Below the pieces are notes generated by a model. That model did no database searches. It was not told the origin of the DNA and worked only from the letters and a program-made list of their open reading frames with translations. This document shows positions 39,571-48,929 of a stretch of DNA of 64,000 nt, piece by piece. Position 1 is the stretch's first letter. Each line of letters opens with the position of its first letter. Origin of the DNA: an uncultured Gammaproteobacteria bacterium. GTDB lineage: Bacteria > Patescibacteriota > Patescibacteriia > Magasanikbacterales > UBA922. The stretch lies in contig CAYFPM010000002.1 of the NCBI GenBank assembly GCA_964345045.1, positions 36,286 through 100,285 of the forward strand, read 5' to 3'. A program made the translations under genes and the position numbers.

Positions 39571-42500
39571 TTATTCATTCAAGAGAATATTCAATTCCTT
39601 CCTAGTATCTTTGTCGAGCGTCTTGGTTACTGGCAAGTCATTATCTTTTTGAAATCTTTCCAAAGCCTCTTCTAAAGTAGTCCCAAAGAAAGGAGTCGTT
39701 TCATAAAGGTAAAAATATTCCATTTCGTGCAAAACCTTTTTCAACTCACTAACATCCTGGTCTTCGTCTTGAAAATTAAGATCTTTTTTAAACGGTCCAA
39801 TATCAGCTTCTGTATAGTCCTCTCCTCCCGGATATTTGTCGAACAAAGTTTGATCCAAATAAATCAGATCATCATACTCATAACCAAGCTTGGAAAAAGT
39901 ATAATCTGTGTTGAATTTCCTCCAGCTAGAATCTTCGAATATATAAGAGTAGCTAGACTCTGGGAATCTTACAATTTCTCCTTCTCTTGGTACATAATTC
40001 TTACCAGGCAAAACTGGGCCAGCAGGATCTTCTGGAATTTGATCCAAGATCTCTTGTGCCTCTATTACCACATCGCCCAAAGAAGAAAAATGAGTAAAGA
40101 ATAAATCTTCATTTTCTACTAATCTTTTGGTACAATTTTCTGTTATTAAATATATTTGCCCAGGCAAGGCAGCGGCATATGGTTTGTCTGCTTCTAGTGG
40201 GCAAACTTCGTTATTTGTATTACCACCATCCAAATCTCTAGTTTCAAAAAACGGGAAAATTGATTTTATTCCAACGATTATAGAATCAAATATAGAGTCT
40301 TCTTCGTACAAAGAAGAAGTTCTGGCTGTGTTATCGCTTTTTCTCAATATCTCACTCAAATCTTCTATGTTCTCAATTTCTTGCTCTGTTAATTCTATAG
40401 ATACTTCTTCATCATAATAAATCCCACTAAAAAGTTTGAATCTAACATAAATTACTTTGTCACCAATCCCTTCCGACAAAACCCAAGGTAGCGAATCTTG
40501 ATAAGGGAAAACAAAGGCATTTTGAAAAGTAATATCTTCTGAAATCATAATTTCTTCAGCATTGTCTATAGCAAAACTCAACAAGACTTTTCTAGAATTA
40601 GTTTTTTCTTCGCCCCCATTTATGGTAACAGCCGACATAGCTACTCCGTTTTCTCCTATAGAGTACTGCACAGAAGAACCTCTCGATACTGCTCCCCCGC
40701 TAACCGAAACCGAATCAGATTCTGCACTAACCACAGCATCTTCTTCTACCGGTGGATAATAAACAATAGCAACGTCTTGGAAAACAGGACTAGATGTAGT
40801 GATCCCGTCTGTGGTTAAAGCTGCTTGATATTGAATATATCTATGTCCATCTGTTACACAACCATTGGCAGAGATATCGTCTCCACTAGCTACAGCAGTA
40901 CAAGAAGCAAAATCTGTAGCACCGCTCATATCACTACTATTATCTGTTCTAACTTTTACTGTGGTGCTAGCAGAGTTGCCAGTAGCTGTATAAGTAAGTG
41001 TCCCCCAAGTTTCGGCCTCTGTAGTATCGAATATTGCAGAAGTAAGAGTCGCCGAACTATTTACTCGAGATTCTACACTACCCACAGAATAAAAATTAGC
41101 TGGATCAGATTGGTTGTTGTATTCCGTTTCAATATACGTAGCGCTTAGAGTAGACGGAGCTAGACGGATTTCATCCAAAGTTCCATCAAATTGACGAACA
41201 GTATCATTGGGATGAGCACCAATTCTAATATCACAACCCGCATCCCCAATAAGCGAGCCAGCAGCAGTATCTCTTTTTAGATAACTACTTACGGCGACAC
41301 CATCTATATAAAATTTAGAATCTGTAGCTCCCAAACTATTGGCATAGGTAAATACAACATGGTGCCAAGATGTTTTGGGGGTAAAATCTGTATCGGAATT
41401 TACAGCTTCGGCATCCGAAGTAGTGTATTCTCTACCCCACATAAAAACCGGATTAGCTGTAGCTGGTTGGCTATCCCAGGCCAAGTAAACATCGCCTGTA
41501 TCGTCGTATTGAATCTCCCAACCACCGCTATTACAACTTCCCAAATATTTGGTAATAAGCCTACCACCATATTGATCAGATCCAGGAGTAGCGTCTCCTT
41601 TTATCCAAAAACTTACCGACATATCGGTCAAGTCGTCTATAGTAGAATCAGTAGCTACATCCAAAACCCTACCGGCGCTAGATGGGTTCTCCACAAATTG
41701 GATAGCGTTACCCAATTGTCCGCTAACAGAATGACTGCTAGAAAAATTAGCATTGGTTGCATTACCATGGTTACTATTGGCCGAATCACAAACTTCGAAA
41801 CCAGCACCACTACAACTACCGTCGGTGCTAATACTAGGGTCTTCTTCGAAGTGCCAAACAGCAGCATAAGCAGAACTCCATGTACTAGCATTATTTGATA
41901 CGTTTGCACTAGCATTACCATAATAAACATAAATATCTGTATCGGCAGCACTACTAACACTTGGCACATTGACCCAAGCTTGCATGGTGCTAGCGGTAGT
42001 GGATACAGATACAACTTCTCTATTTAGGACAGTTGTTCCATCCGAACTGGTGAAAACCAAATCCGTACCATTAGTATTTACATTAGAAAAAAAGTGAGAG
42101 TCAAAATTATCTTCGGTAACCAAAACTGGAAAATTGGATTGAGTAGAAGAAACTTGGGTAGAGTCTATAGTTATTTTTCTTCTATAGAGCCAAGCCGTGT
42201 CGTACCAACCAGTAGTGGTGGCAGCTTCGAATTGACCAGTAGTGGTGGTATAAGCTGTAGTGGCAGACTGGTATTGGTTGCTAGTATTTGTACCGACTCC
42301 ACTAGACCAATCGGTCTGGGTCCAGGTAGAACCGCTGGCATAAGCCAAAGAAACATTGCCCACCAAACCATAGCTAACAGCCAAGGTAAATGCCAAATAA
42401 GAAAAAGCTGTCAACGAAGTGAGCGCAATAGAGGTTTTGCGTCTTTTTCTGTATAGTTGATAAGAAAAACCTTCTTTATTAAATAGAGTTGGATCTATCT

Positions 42501-42675
42501 TGTAAGTTTTTTTGAAATAAAGAGGAAAAGAGACCAAATTAAGAACTAATTCATGAAAAGACATTTTCAAAAATTTTGGAATTCTAAAAACATGATCTTT
42601 GTGAGAAAGTTCTTTTTTTGAAGCAACTACATTGACAGAGTATTTGTCGATTAAACCTAACCATTTTTTCTTCAT
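39571..42675 (-). CDS. large membrane-anchored surface protein with DUF2341 + LamG (concanavalin A-like) + C-terminal peptidoglycan-binding domain, paralog 1
   Basis: N-terminal TM, then WYDTAWLYRRKITID...NFPVLV (DUF2341-like), then a LamG-like region (AVWHFEE...SFWIK...HHVVFTY...LDEIRL), then a PG_binding_1-like C-terminus; the start is set at M42 (MKKKWLGL) by alignment with the paralog; the ORF-track start at 42798 overlaps the next gene. Confidence 0.75.
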   Translation of the reverse strand: MKKKWLGLIDKYSVNVVASKKELSHKDHVFRIPKFLKMSFHELVLNLVSFPLYFKKTYKIDPTLFNKEGFSYQLYRKRRKTSIALTSLTAFSYLAFTLAVSYGLVGNVSLAYASGSTWTQTDWSSGVGTNTSNQYQSATTAYTTTTGQFEAATTTGWYDTAWLYRRKITIDSTQVSSTQSNFPVLVTEDNFDSHFFSNVNTNGTDLVFTSSDGTTVLNREVVSVSTTASTMQAWVNVPSVSSAADTDIYVYYGNASANVSNNASTWSSAYAAVWHFEEDPSISTDGSCSGAGFEVCDSANSNHGNATNANFSSSHSVSGQLGNAIQFVENPSSAGRVLDVATDSTIDDLTDMSVSFWIKGDATPGSDQYGGRLITKYLGSCNSGGWEIQYDDTGDVYLAWDSQPATANPVFMWGREYTTSDAEAVNSDTDFTPKTSWHHVVFTYANSLGATDSKFYIDGVAVSSYLKRDTAAGSLIGDAGCDIRIGAHPNDTVRQFDGTLDEIRLAPSTLSATYIETEYNNQSDPANFYSVGSVESRVNSSATLTSAIFDTTEAETWGTLTYTATGNSASTTVKVRTDNSSDMSGATDFASCTAVASGDDISANGCVTDGHRYIQYQAALTTDGITTSSPVFQDVAIVYYPPVEEDAVVSAESDSVSVSGGAVSRGSSVQYSIGENGVAMSAVTINGGEEKTNSRKVLLSFAIDNAEEIMISEDITFQNAFVFPYQDSLPWVLSEGIGDKVIYVRFKLFSGIYYDEEVSIELTEQEIENIEDLSEILRKSDNTARTSSLYEEDSIFDSIIVGIKSIFPFFETRDLDGGNTNNEVCPLEADKPYAAALPGQIYLITENCTKRLVENEDLFFTHFSSLGDVVIEAQEILDQIPEDPAGPVLPGKNYVPREGEIVRFPESSYSYIFEDSSWRKFNTDYTFSKLGYEYDDLIYLDQTLFDKYPGGEDYTEADIGPFKKDLNFQDEDQDVSELKKVLHEMEYFYLYETTPFFGTTLEEALERFQKDNDLPVTKTLDKDTRKELNILLNE

Positions 42676-42745
42676 ATGGTTTTTGGCTATTATAATATGA
42701 TTTCTAAATTTATTATACATAATTGATAAAAACGTAGAAATATAA

Positions 42746-43267
42746 TTATTTCTCCATTTTTTTGACAGTGATTTTTGCCAGTTCAGCCTTCCAGCCAATT
42801 AGATTGGCCAACAATTGAACAAAGGATGATACACCTGCTATGGCCAAAACCAACCAAAAATACCAGGTAATTGGTAATAGATAATATAGAGCCACGGTAA
42901 AAACAGATATCCATACCCCTACACACCACGGACAACCCAAGAGATCGGCGAAAAGTCTTCTTAGTCCTTTTTTAGGTTTTGATCTATATGTATAAACTAT
43001 TCCTTTTTCTTTTTTTTCTGATTTTACCAAAAACATATCCCTAATAAACTGGGACACTTGATCGTATACCAATAACCTAGTTAATCTAAAAGCAGCAAAA
43101 ACCAAAATAGTAAACTCCCAGATTGTTATATCGTTAAGATCTTTTATTGAAAAATTTGTATAAAAAGATAGCAAATAAGTAAAAAATATTACTAATGCAA
43201 AAAATATTATTGTGAGAAGAAAGCTTAAAAAAACTCCACTTCCCTTCTCCTTTTTTGTAACCTCCAT
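42746..43267 (-). CDS. DUF1360 family membrane protein
   Basis: 4 TM helices with an LLGCPWCVGVW motif. Confidence 0.65.
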   Translation of the reverse strand: MEVTKKEKGSGVFLSFLLTIIFFALVIFFTYLLSFYTNFSIKDLNDITIWEFTILVFAAFRLTRLLVYDQVSQFIRDMFLVKSEKKEKGIVYTYRSKPKKGLRRLFADLLGCPWCVGVWISVFTVALYYLLPITWYFWLVLAIAGVSSFVQLLANLIGWKAELAKITVKKMEK

Positions 43268-43358
43268 AAGATGATTCTAAGTATAGAACAATTATAACAA
43301 ACTCTTGACAAATTAACCAGTTTAAGGTATAAATAGTCTGCATTATTCATCGGTGGAA

Positions 43359-43376
43359 CCCTACCCGTAAGTAGGG
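43359..43376 (+). promoter_or_regulatory. GC-rich hairpin in the rplA leader (possible L1 autoregulatory site)
   Basis: ccctac-ccgtaa-gtaggg, 25 nt upstream of the rplA start. Confidence 0.3.
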
Positions 43377-43400
43377 GCTCGTACCACTAAAAATATTCTT

Positions 43401-44078
43401 ATGAGTAAAAGAATAGAAGATCTAAAGGGTAAGATCGACAAAACCAGATCTTACGCCTTGGAAGAAGCATTGCAATTGGTAAAAGACACCAGCAATGTAA
43501 AATTTGATGCTTCTGTAGAAGCACACGTTAGACTAGGGATCGACCCTAAAAAGGGTGATCAACAAATCCGCGCTACTGTGGTATTGCCACACGGAACTGG
43601 TAAAACCAAAAAAGTAGCGGCCTTTGTAGGCGCCAACGACGAAGCTGCCGCCAAAGCTGGTGGAGCAGACTTTGTATACGGAGAAGAAGAAATAAAAAAG
43701 ATTAAAGATACGGGTAAAATAGAATTTGATGTAGCCGTAGCTAGCCCGGAAATGATGCCAAAATTGGCTGTAGCTGCCAAGATCTTAGGTCCCAAAGGAC
43801 TTATGCCAAATCCAAAGACCGATACAGTTGGTCCAGATGTGAAAAAAATGGTAGAAGATCTTAAAAAGGGTAAAGCCGCTTTTAAAAATGATGATGGAGC
43901 CAACATCCACCAAAATATTGGTAAAGTAAGCTTTGACCTAAAACAACTAAAAGAAAACTTCAATGCTTTTGTAGAAGCTTTGCAAAAAGCCAAGCCAACT
44001 ACTAGCAAAGGTAGTTATATAAAAGCGGTTTACTTGACTAGCTCTATGGGGCCAAGTGTAAAAGTAGTATTGGAATAA
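43401..44078 (+). CDS. rplA: 50S ribosomal protein L1
   Basis: Region ...DPKKGDQQIRATVVLPHGTGK... Confidence 0.9.
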   Translation: MSKRIEDLKGKIDKTRSYALEEALQLVKDTSNVKFDASVEAHVRLGIDPKKGDQQIRATVVLPHGTGKTKKVAAFVGANDEAAAKAGGADFVYGEEEIKKIKDTGKIEFDVAVASPEMMPKLAVAAKILGPKGLMPNPKTDTVGPDVKKMVEDLKKGKAAFKNDDGANIHQNIGKVSFDLKQLKENFNAFVEALQKAKPTTSKGSYIKAVYLTSSMGPSVKVVLE

Positions 44079-44093
44079 ACAAATAGAAAACCA

Positions 44094-44121
44094 AAAAACC
44101 AGTCAATTGACTGGTTTTTTT
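44094..44121. terminator. bidirectional terminator between rplA and LamG paralog 2
   Basis: aaaaaaccagtc-aatt-gactggttttttt. Confidence 0.75.
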
Positions 44122-44133
44122 ATTTAAATGAAA

Positions 44134-47085
44134 TTAGCTATTTAAAATGGTATTCAGCAGTGCTCTGGTAGCTCTATCCAAATTTCCTGTTTCTTGCAAT
44201 TTGTTTTTTCTTTGGAATCTTTTTAGAGCATCTTCTAGATTGGTACTAAAAAATGGGGTGGTTTCATATTGTTGAAAATGACCTTGTTTGTGAAGTAAAG
44301 CTTTTAGGTCGACTACATCTTGGTGAGAATCTTGAAATTTTAAATTCTTTAGATAAGGTCCTATGTCCGCCTCGGTGTAAGTTTCGCCAACGACATATTT
44401 ACCAAATACGCTCTTGTCTATCAACAAAATACTATTGTAACTATGTCCAAGCTGACGAAGGGTAAACTGAGAATTAAAACTTCTCCATTTGTTGTCTTCC
44501 AATATATATATATTAGAATCATCCGAAACTTTTGCCAAAACTCCTTCTTCTAATTCTATTTCTGGGTTAAGTGTCATCGGTCCGGCTGTATCCAAGTTGA
44601 TTTGATCTAACTCTGCTTGGGTAACAAATTGGACAGCTCCCAAAGAAAGATTATAACTATCAAAAGAATATTTATCTAAAAACGGTCTCTTGGTACATTC
44701 TGGCGTGATGAAAAATAGAGTGGCATCTACATAAGAGCGATGAACTTCTCCAATAGTCGCAGGGCAAACAAAATCATCTGCATAGGCTCCTCCTCCATTT
44801 GAATTTGCACCTGTAGAAGTATCCCCCTCATCTCCATTTGGGATCACATTCATAGCGCCTTCTTCAAATACCAAGGTCTTTTCTACATCATAATAAAAAC
44901 CATTATATAATTTGAATCTTACATACAAATTCTTTTCACCATAACCTTCGGAAAGTGTCCATTCCATTTCTTCTGCAAAAGGAATAAACTTGGCATTGGC
45001 AAAAGTAATATCTTCGGAAATGGCTACAGATTCTACATCTCGTAAACCATACTTCAACAAGACTTTATTTTCATCACTTTCTATTTTTTCAATTGTGACA
45101 GCTTCTAATGGAATTCCATCTTTGCCTACACTTCTGGAAACAGAAGTACTAGCCCCAGCTCCCCCAGCTACACTACCAGTATTGGAAGTGGTACTAGAAG
45201 CCGAAGGCACGGTATAAGCAATAGAAATATCCTGAAAAACCGGAGAAGAGGTAGTGATACTATCTGTAGTAAGAGTAACTTCGTATTGTACATATCTATC
45301 CCCATCGGTTACACAACCATTGCCAGAGATATCTGTCCCCGAAGTAATAGTGGTACAAGAACCAAAAGCTGTTGCTCCACTCATATCACTACTACTATCT
45401 GTTCTTACTTTTACAGTAGTACTGGCAGAGTTCCCAGTAGCAGTGTAGGTCAAATTACCCCAACTTTGGGCATTGGTGGTATCAAAAATGGCAGAAGTTA
45501 ATACTGCTGTGCTGGTAACAGCGTATTCCAAAGCAGAGACAGAATAAAAAGTCGAAGGACTATTTTGATTGTTGTATTCGGTTTCTACATACTGTGGAGT
45601 AACTACACTGGTAGCAAGACGAAGTTCGTCCAAACCACCATGAAAAGGTCTATCGTCCCCACCACGAGCACCAATATACAAATCACAAGCAGCATCACTC
45701 ACATGTGCACCAGCACCAGCCACATTTGATGGGTAATAAGCAGCTTCCACACCATTTATAAAAAATCTACCACTGGTACCTGTGTAATTATCATCCCAAG
45801 TAAATACCACATGTTGCCAAGCATCTTCTGTAACAGTTAGGTTATCGGTAATAAAGAACGAATCAGTAGTTGCATTATCTTTGTCCCACACCAATACCTG
45901 ATCGTACCCACTTGGCTGACTGCTACCATCCCAAACATTTCCGTTGTTATCATACAAAAGTTCCCAACCTTCTAAACAAACTTTCTCAAAAATAGTATGG
46001 TTATTGTCCGAAGAAAAGGCACTATCCGGGTTCATCCAAAAAGAAACCGAATAATCACCTAGATCGTCTATGCTACTACCACTAAAGGCTTTTAATCTTT
46101 TGCTTGTACCAAATCTATAACCAGTACCAAAAGGAGAACTAGTCGCATAAGAGGCATCGAAACCAGTAGATGTAGCATGGTTGGCATTTCCAGCCGAATC
46201 ACAAGTAGAATATATTCCTCCACCACAGGCACCATCGGTAGTAGCAGTCGGGTCTTCGTCCAAATGCCAAACTGCAGCATAGGTGGAACTCCAAACTGTA
46301 GTATCGTCAGTTTGAGCGTCTCCAGTATCACTATTACCAAAATACATATAAATATCTGTATCGGCGTCGTCTGGCAAAGAACTAATTCTTACCCAAGCCT
46401 CGAATTGAGAAGTGCTAGAGTTGAAAGCTACAATTTCTCTGGGTAAGAGAGTTCCACTACTATCTGTAAATAGAATGTCTGCTCCGGTATTTTGGATAAC
46501 ATTGTTAAAAAAGTCGGCTCCAAGATTATCTTCTGTAATAAGCACTGGAAAATTGGACAGTGTAGAAGAAACTTGATTTTGGTCTATAGTAATTTTTTGT
46601 CTGTAGCCCCAAGCTGTGTTATACCAACCTGTAGTAGTGGCCGCTTCGAATTGTCCGGTAGTGGTAGTATAAGCAAAACTAACAGATTCGTACTGATTGC
46701 CAGTATCTATCCCTACTCCACCAGACCAATCGGTCTGGGTCCAAGAAGTACTAGTAGCCAAGGCTGTAGACAAATTGGAAAATAAACTAAAACCTAAACT
46801 GATTGCCAGGTAAGAAAATACTAATAACGAGCTAACCCCGAATGAAAGTCGACGTTTTCTATAATGATGAAACGAAAAACCTTCATTATTAAAAATCTTA
46901 TGGTCTAATCTATGGGTTCGCCTTATATAAAGAGGGACAGACAAAAAACCGATCGCAATTTCGTGTACCAAAATATTTAGTAAGTGTAAAAAAGCCAAAA
47001 TAGGGTGTTTATCCTTTAACCCCTTTTTGACCAAATCCACTCTACTAGATAAAAAGTGGAGTAATTTAAGCCATTTATTATTCAT
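44134..47085 (-). CDS. large DUF2341 + LamG + peptidoglycan-binding membrane protein, paralog 2
   Basis: 983 aa, collinear with the protein at 39571..42675 (for example GQFEAATTTGWYNTAWGYRQKITID, SATAFGSCT, a C-terminal PG-binding-like domain). Confidence 0.75.
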   Translation of the reverse strand: MNNKWLKLLHFLSSRVDLVKKGLKDKHPILAFLHLLNILVHEIAIGFLSVPLYIRRTHRLDHKIFNNEGFSFHHYRKRRLSFGVSSLLVFSYLAISLGFSLFSNLSTALATSTSWTQTDWSGGVGIDTGNQYESVSFAYTTTTGQFEAATTTGWYNTAWGYRQKITIDQNQVSSTLSNFPVLITEDNLGADFFNNVIQNTGADILFTDSSGTLLPREIVAFNSSTSQFEAWVRISSLPDDADTDIYMYFGNSDTGDAQTDDTTVWSSTYAAVWHLDEDPTATTDGACGGGIYSTCDSAGNANHATSTGFDASYATSSPFGTGYRFGTSKRLKAFSGSSIDDLGDYSVSFWMNPDSAFSSDNNHTIFEKVCLEGWELLYDNNGNVWDGSSQPSGYDQVLVWDKDNATTDSFFITDNLTVTEDAWQHVVFTWDDNYTGTSGRFFINGVEAAYYPSNVAGAGAHVSDAACDLYIGARGGDDRPFHGGLDELRLATSVVTPQYVETEYNNQNSPSTFYSVSALEYAVTSTAVLTSAIFDTTNAQSWGNLTYTATGNSASTTVKVRTDSSSDMSGATAFGSCTTITSGTDISGNGCVTDGDRYVQYEVTLTTDSITTSSPVFQDISIAYTVPSASSTTSNTGSVAGGAGASTSVSRSVGKDGIPLEAVTIEKIESDENKVLLKYGLRDVESVAISEDITFANAKFIPFAEEMEWTLSEGYGEKNLYVRFKLYNGFYYDVEKTLVFEEGAMNVIPNGDEGDTSTGANSNGGGAYADDFVCPATIGEVHRSYVDATLFFITPECTKRPFLDKYSFDSYNLSLGAVQFVTQAELDQINLDTAGPMTLNPEIELEEGVLAKVSDDSNIYILEDNKWRSFNSQFTLRQLGHSYNSILLIDKSVFGKYVVGETYTEADIGPYLKNLKFQDSHQDVVDLKALLHKQGHFQQYETTPFFSTNLEDALKRFQRKNKLQETGNLDRATRALLNTILNS

Positions 47086-47189
47086 ATAAAAGAATATAAC
47101 ATATTTTTTAAAAAAGGGGAATAAATAATCTCTTGCTGGGGTTAATTTTATTTGTTACACTCCACTTAAATTTGAATAAACAAAAATAT

Positions 47190-47660
47190 ATGTCAGAAAG
47201 ACCAAGTTGGGATAAATATTTTATGGATATCGCTAGTGTAGTTGGCACTAGATCTACTTGTGATAGAGGCAAAACAGGAGCCGTGCTAGCCAGAAATAAT
47301 CATATCTTGGTAACTGGCTATGCTGGTGCTCCCAGAGGACTACCCCACTGCGATGACATTGGCCACCAACTAAAAACTGTTCGTCACGAAGATGGAAGAG
47401 AAACCGAGCACTGCTTGCGAACTGCCCATGCCGAACAAAATGCTCTAATCCAAGCCGCTAGAATTGGGGTACCTGTAGAAGGAGCTACAGTCTATTGTAG
47501 TATGACCCCCTGTGCCGCCTGTGCCAAAATGCTTATAAACGCCGGGGTAAAAAGAATAGTATGTGCCAAACGCTACCACGCCGGAGAAGAATCAGAAGAA
47601 ATGTTTAGACAAGTTGGCGTAGAATTAAAATTTTTTGATGACGGGGTGGAGACCTATTAG
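47190..47660 (+). CDS. dCMP deaminase
   Basis: Motifs HAEQNAL and PCAACAKM; start at MSERPSW. Confidence 0.85.
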   Translation: MSERPSWDKYFMDIASVVGTRSTCDRGKTGAVLARNNHILVTGYAGAPRGLPHCDDIGHQLKTVRHEDGRETEHCLRTAHAEQNALIQAARIGVPVEGATVYCSMTPCAACAKMLINAGVKRIVCAKRYHAGEESEEMFRQVGVELKFFDDGVETY

Positions 47661-47695
47661 ATAGATAACCAGTAAATTGTGAGTGTAGCACAACC

Positions 47696-47777
47696 CGTCA
47701 TTCCCAGCTTGACTGGGAATCCAGATAATGAGCAAGTCCTTGCACATAACTGGATTCCCGTTTGCACGGGAATGACG
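47696..47777. repeat. GTCAT-family four-segment palindromic element (cgtcattccc variant)
   Basis: cgtcattccca/tgggaatccag ... ctggattccc/gggaatgacg. Confidence 0.65.
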
Positions 47778-47823
47778 ATTTAAGGAACCATGCACTACAA
47801 ACCAAAACTATGAACTATTGGCT

Positions 47824-48381
47824 ATGAACAATAAACTAATAATTGGAATCGTAGGACAAATGGCTGCGGGCAAAGGAACCGCCGCTAATTATTTGAAAGA
47901 AAAGTATGGTGCCAGCACTTATACTTTTTCAACTATGCTAGGTGATGTGCTAGATAGATTTCATCTAGAAAGAAACCGAGACAATTTTATAAAAATATCC
48001 GAGCAAATGCGCTCTACCTTTGGTGAAGACATAATGGCCAAAACCATGGCCAATGACGTAAAAAAAGATAGTAATAATCTAATTGTAGTAGAGGGAGTAA
48101 GGAGAGACGCTGACATAGAATATCTAAGCCAAATGGAGGGATTTGTGCTCGTAGAAATTTTTGCTAATATGGAAAAAAGATTTGAAAGAACCAAAAAGCG
48201 TGGTGAAAAAATAGATGATAATGACAAAACTTTTGAAGAGTTCGAAGCAGATCACCAAAGATCTACCGAACTTTCTACAGTAGAAGTTGCCAAACAAGCC
48301 ACAATTAGAATAGATAATAATGGCACACTTGAAGAACTTTATACACAGCTAGACAGTTTAATTAAGCAAAATAAGGATTAA
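47824..48381 (+). CDS. P-loop nucleoside monophosphate kinase-like protein (adenylate/dNMP-kinase fold), specificity unknown
   Basis: P-loop GQMAAGKGT; lies inside the dNTP-metabolism gene run; the ORF-track start at 47818 is TTG, and the ATG at 47824 is more likely. Confidence 0.6.
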   Translation: MNNKLIIGIVGQMAAGKGTAANYLKEKYGASTYTFSTMLGDVLDRFHLERNRDNFIKISEQMRSTFGEDIMAKTMANDVKKDSNNLIVVEGVRRDADIEYLSQMEGFVLVEIFANMEKRFERTKKRGEKIDDNDKTFEEFEADHQRSTELSTVEVAKQATIRIDNNGTLEELYTQLDSLIKQNKD

Positions 48382-48426
48382 GCAGATTAGGCAGGTTAAG
48401 AATTTTACTTACTCTGCTTAATCCTG
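48375..48426. repeat. AAGCAGATTAGGCAG palindromic repeat, copy 2
   Basis: ggattaagcagattaggcag...tctgcttaatcc; overlaps the kinase stop codon and lies 10 nt before dut. Confidence 0.65.
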
Positions 48427-48435
48427 TTTATTTTT

Positions 48436-48861
48436 ATGAAAGTTAAAGTTAAAAAAACTCACCCAGATGCAAAAATGCCAAGTTACGCTCACCCCGGAGA
48501 TGTAGGTTTGGATATGTATTCTGTAGATGAAGCAGTTATAGAACCTGGTGATAGAAAATTGCTCAACTGCGGTTTTGCTCTAGAATTTCCAGAAGGTTAC
48601 GCCGCCATAGTAAAAGACAAAGGTGGCCCTCCTCACAAATATGGTTTACACTGCTTGGGCGGAGTTTTTGACGCCGGCTATCGTGGCGAGTACAATGTAA
48701 ATCTTGTAAATTTGGGTCACGAAAAAGTAACCATAGAAAAAGGACAAAAAATCGCTCAATTGGTTTTGTTTCCAGTAGCCATTGCCGAACTAGAAGAGAC
48801 CGAGGAATTGAGTGATAGTAGTAGAAAAGATGGGAAGTTTGGAAGCACTGGAGTATTCTAA
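48436..48861 (+). CDS. dut: dUTP diphosphatase
   Basis: Trimeric dUTPase motifs (GDVGLDMY, GVFDAGYRGE, RKDGKFGSTG). Confidence 0.9.
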   Translation: MKVKVKKTHPDAKMPSYAHPGDVGLDMYSVDEAVIEPGDRKLLNCGFALEFPEGYAAIVKDKGGPPHKYGLHCLGGVFDAGYRGEYNVNLVNLGHEKVTIEKGQKIAQLVLFPVAIAELEETEELSDSSRKDGKFGSTGVF

Positions 48862-48868
48862 CATTTTA

Positions 48869-48914
48869 GTTCATCGTTCTTGGTTCTTAGTTCTGAGAAC
48901 CAAGAACGATGAAC
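48869..48914 (+). promoter_or_regulatory. 18-bp perfect inverted repeat hairpin between dut and thyA
   Basis: gttcatcgttcttggttc - ttagttctga - gaaccaagaacgatgaac. Confidence 0.6.
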
Positions 48915-48929
48915 CATGAACTACTAAAT

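Noticed and set aside
39571-42798. ORF-track N-terminal 41-aa extension of LamG paralog 1 overlapping the DUF1360 gene
   Set aside because: The paralog aligns from MKKKWLGL (ATG at 42675), and an extended -10 element (tgtataat) sits in the 42676-42745 spacer, so the extension is unlikely to be translated.
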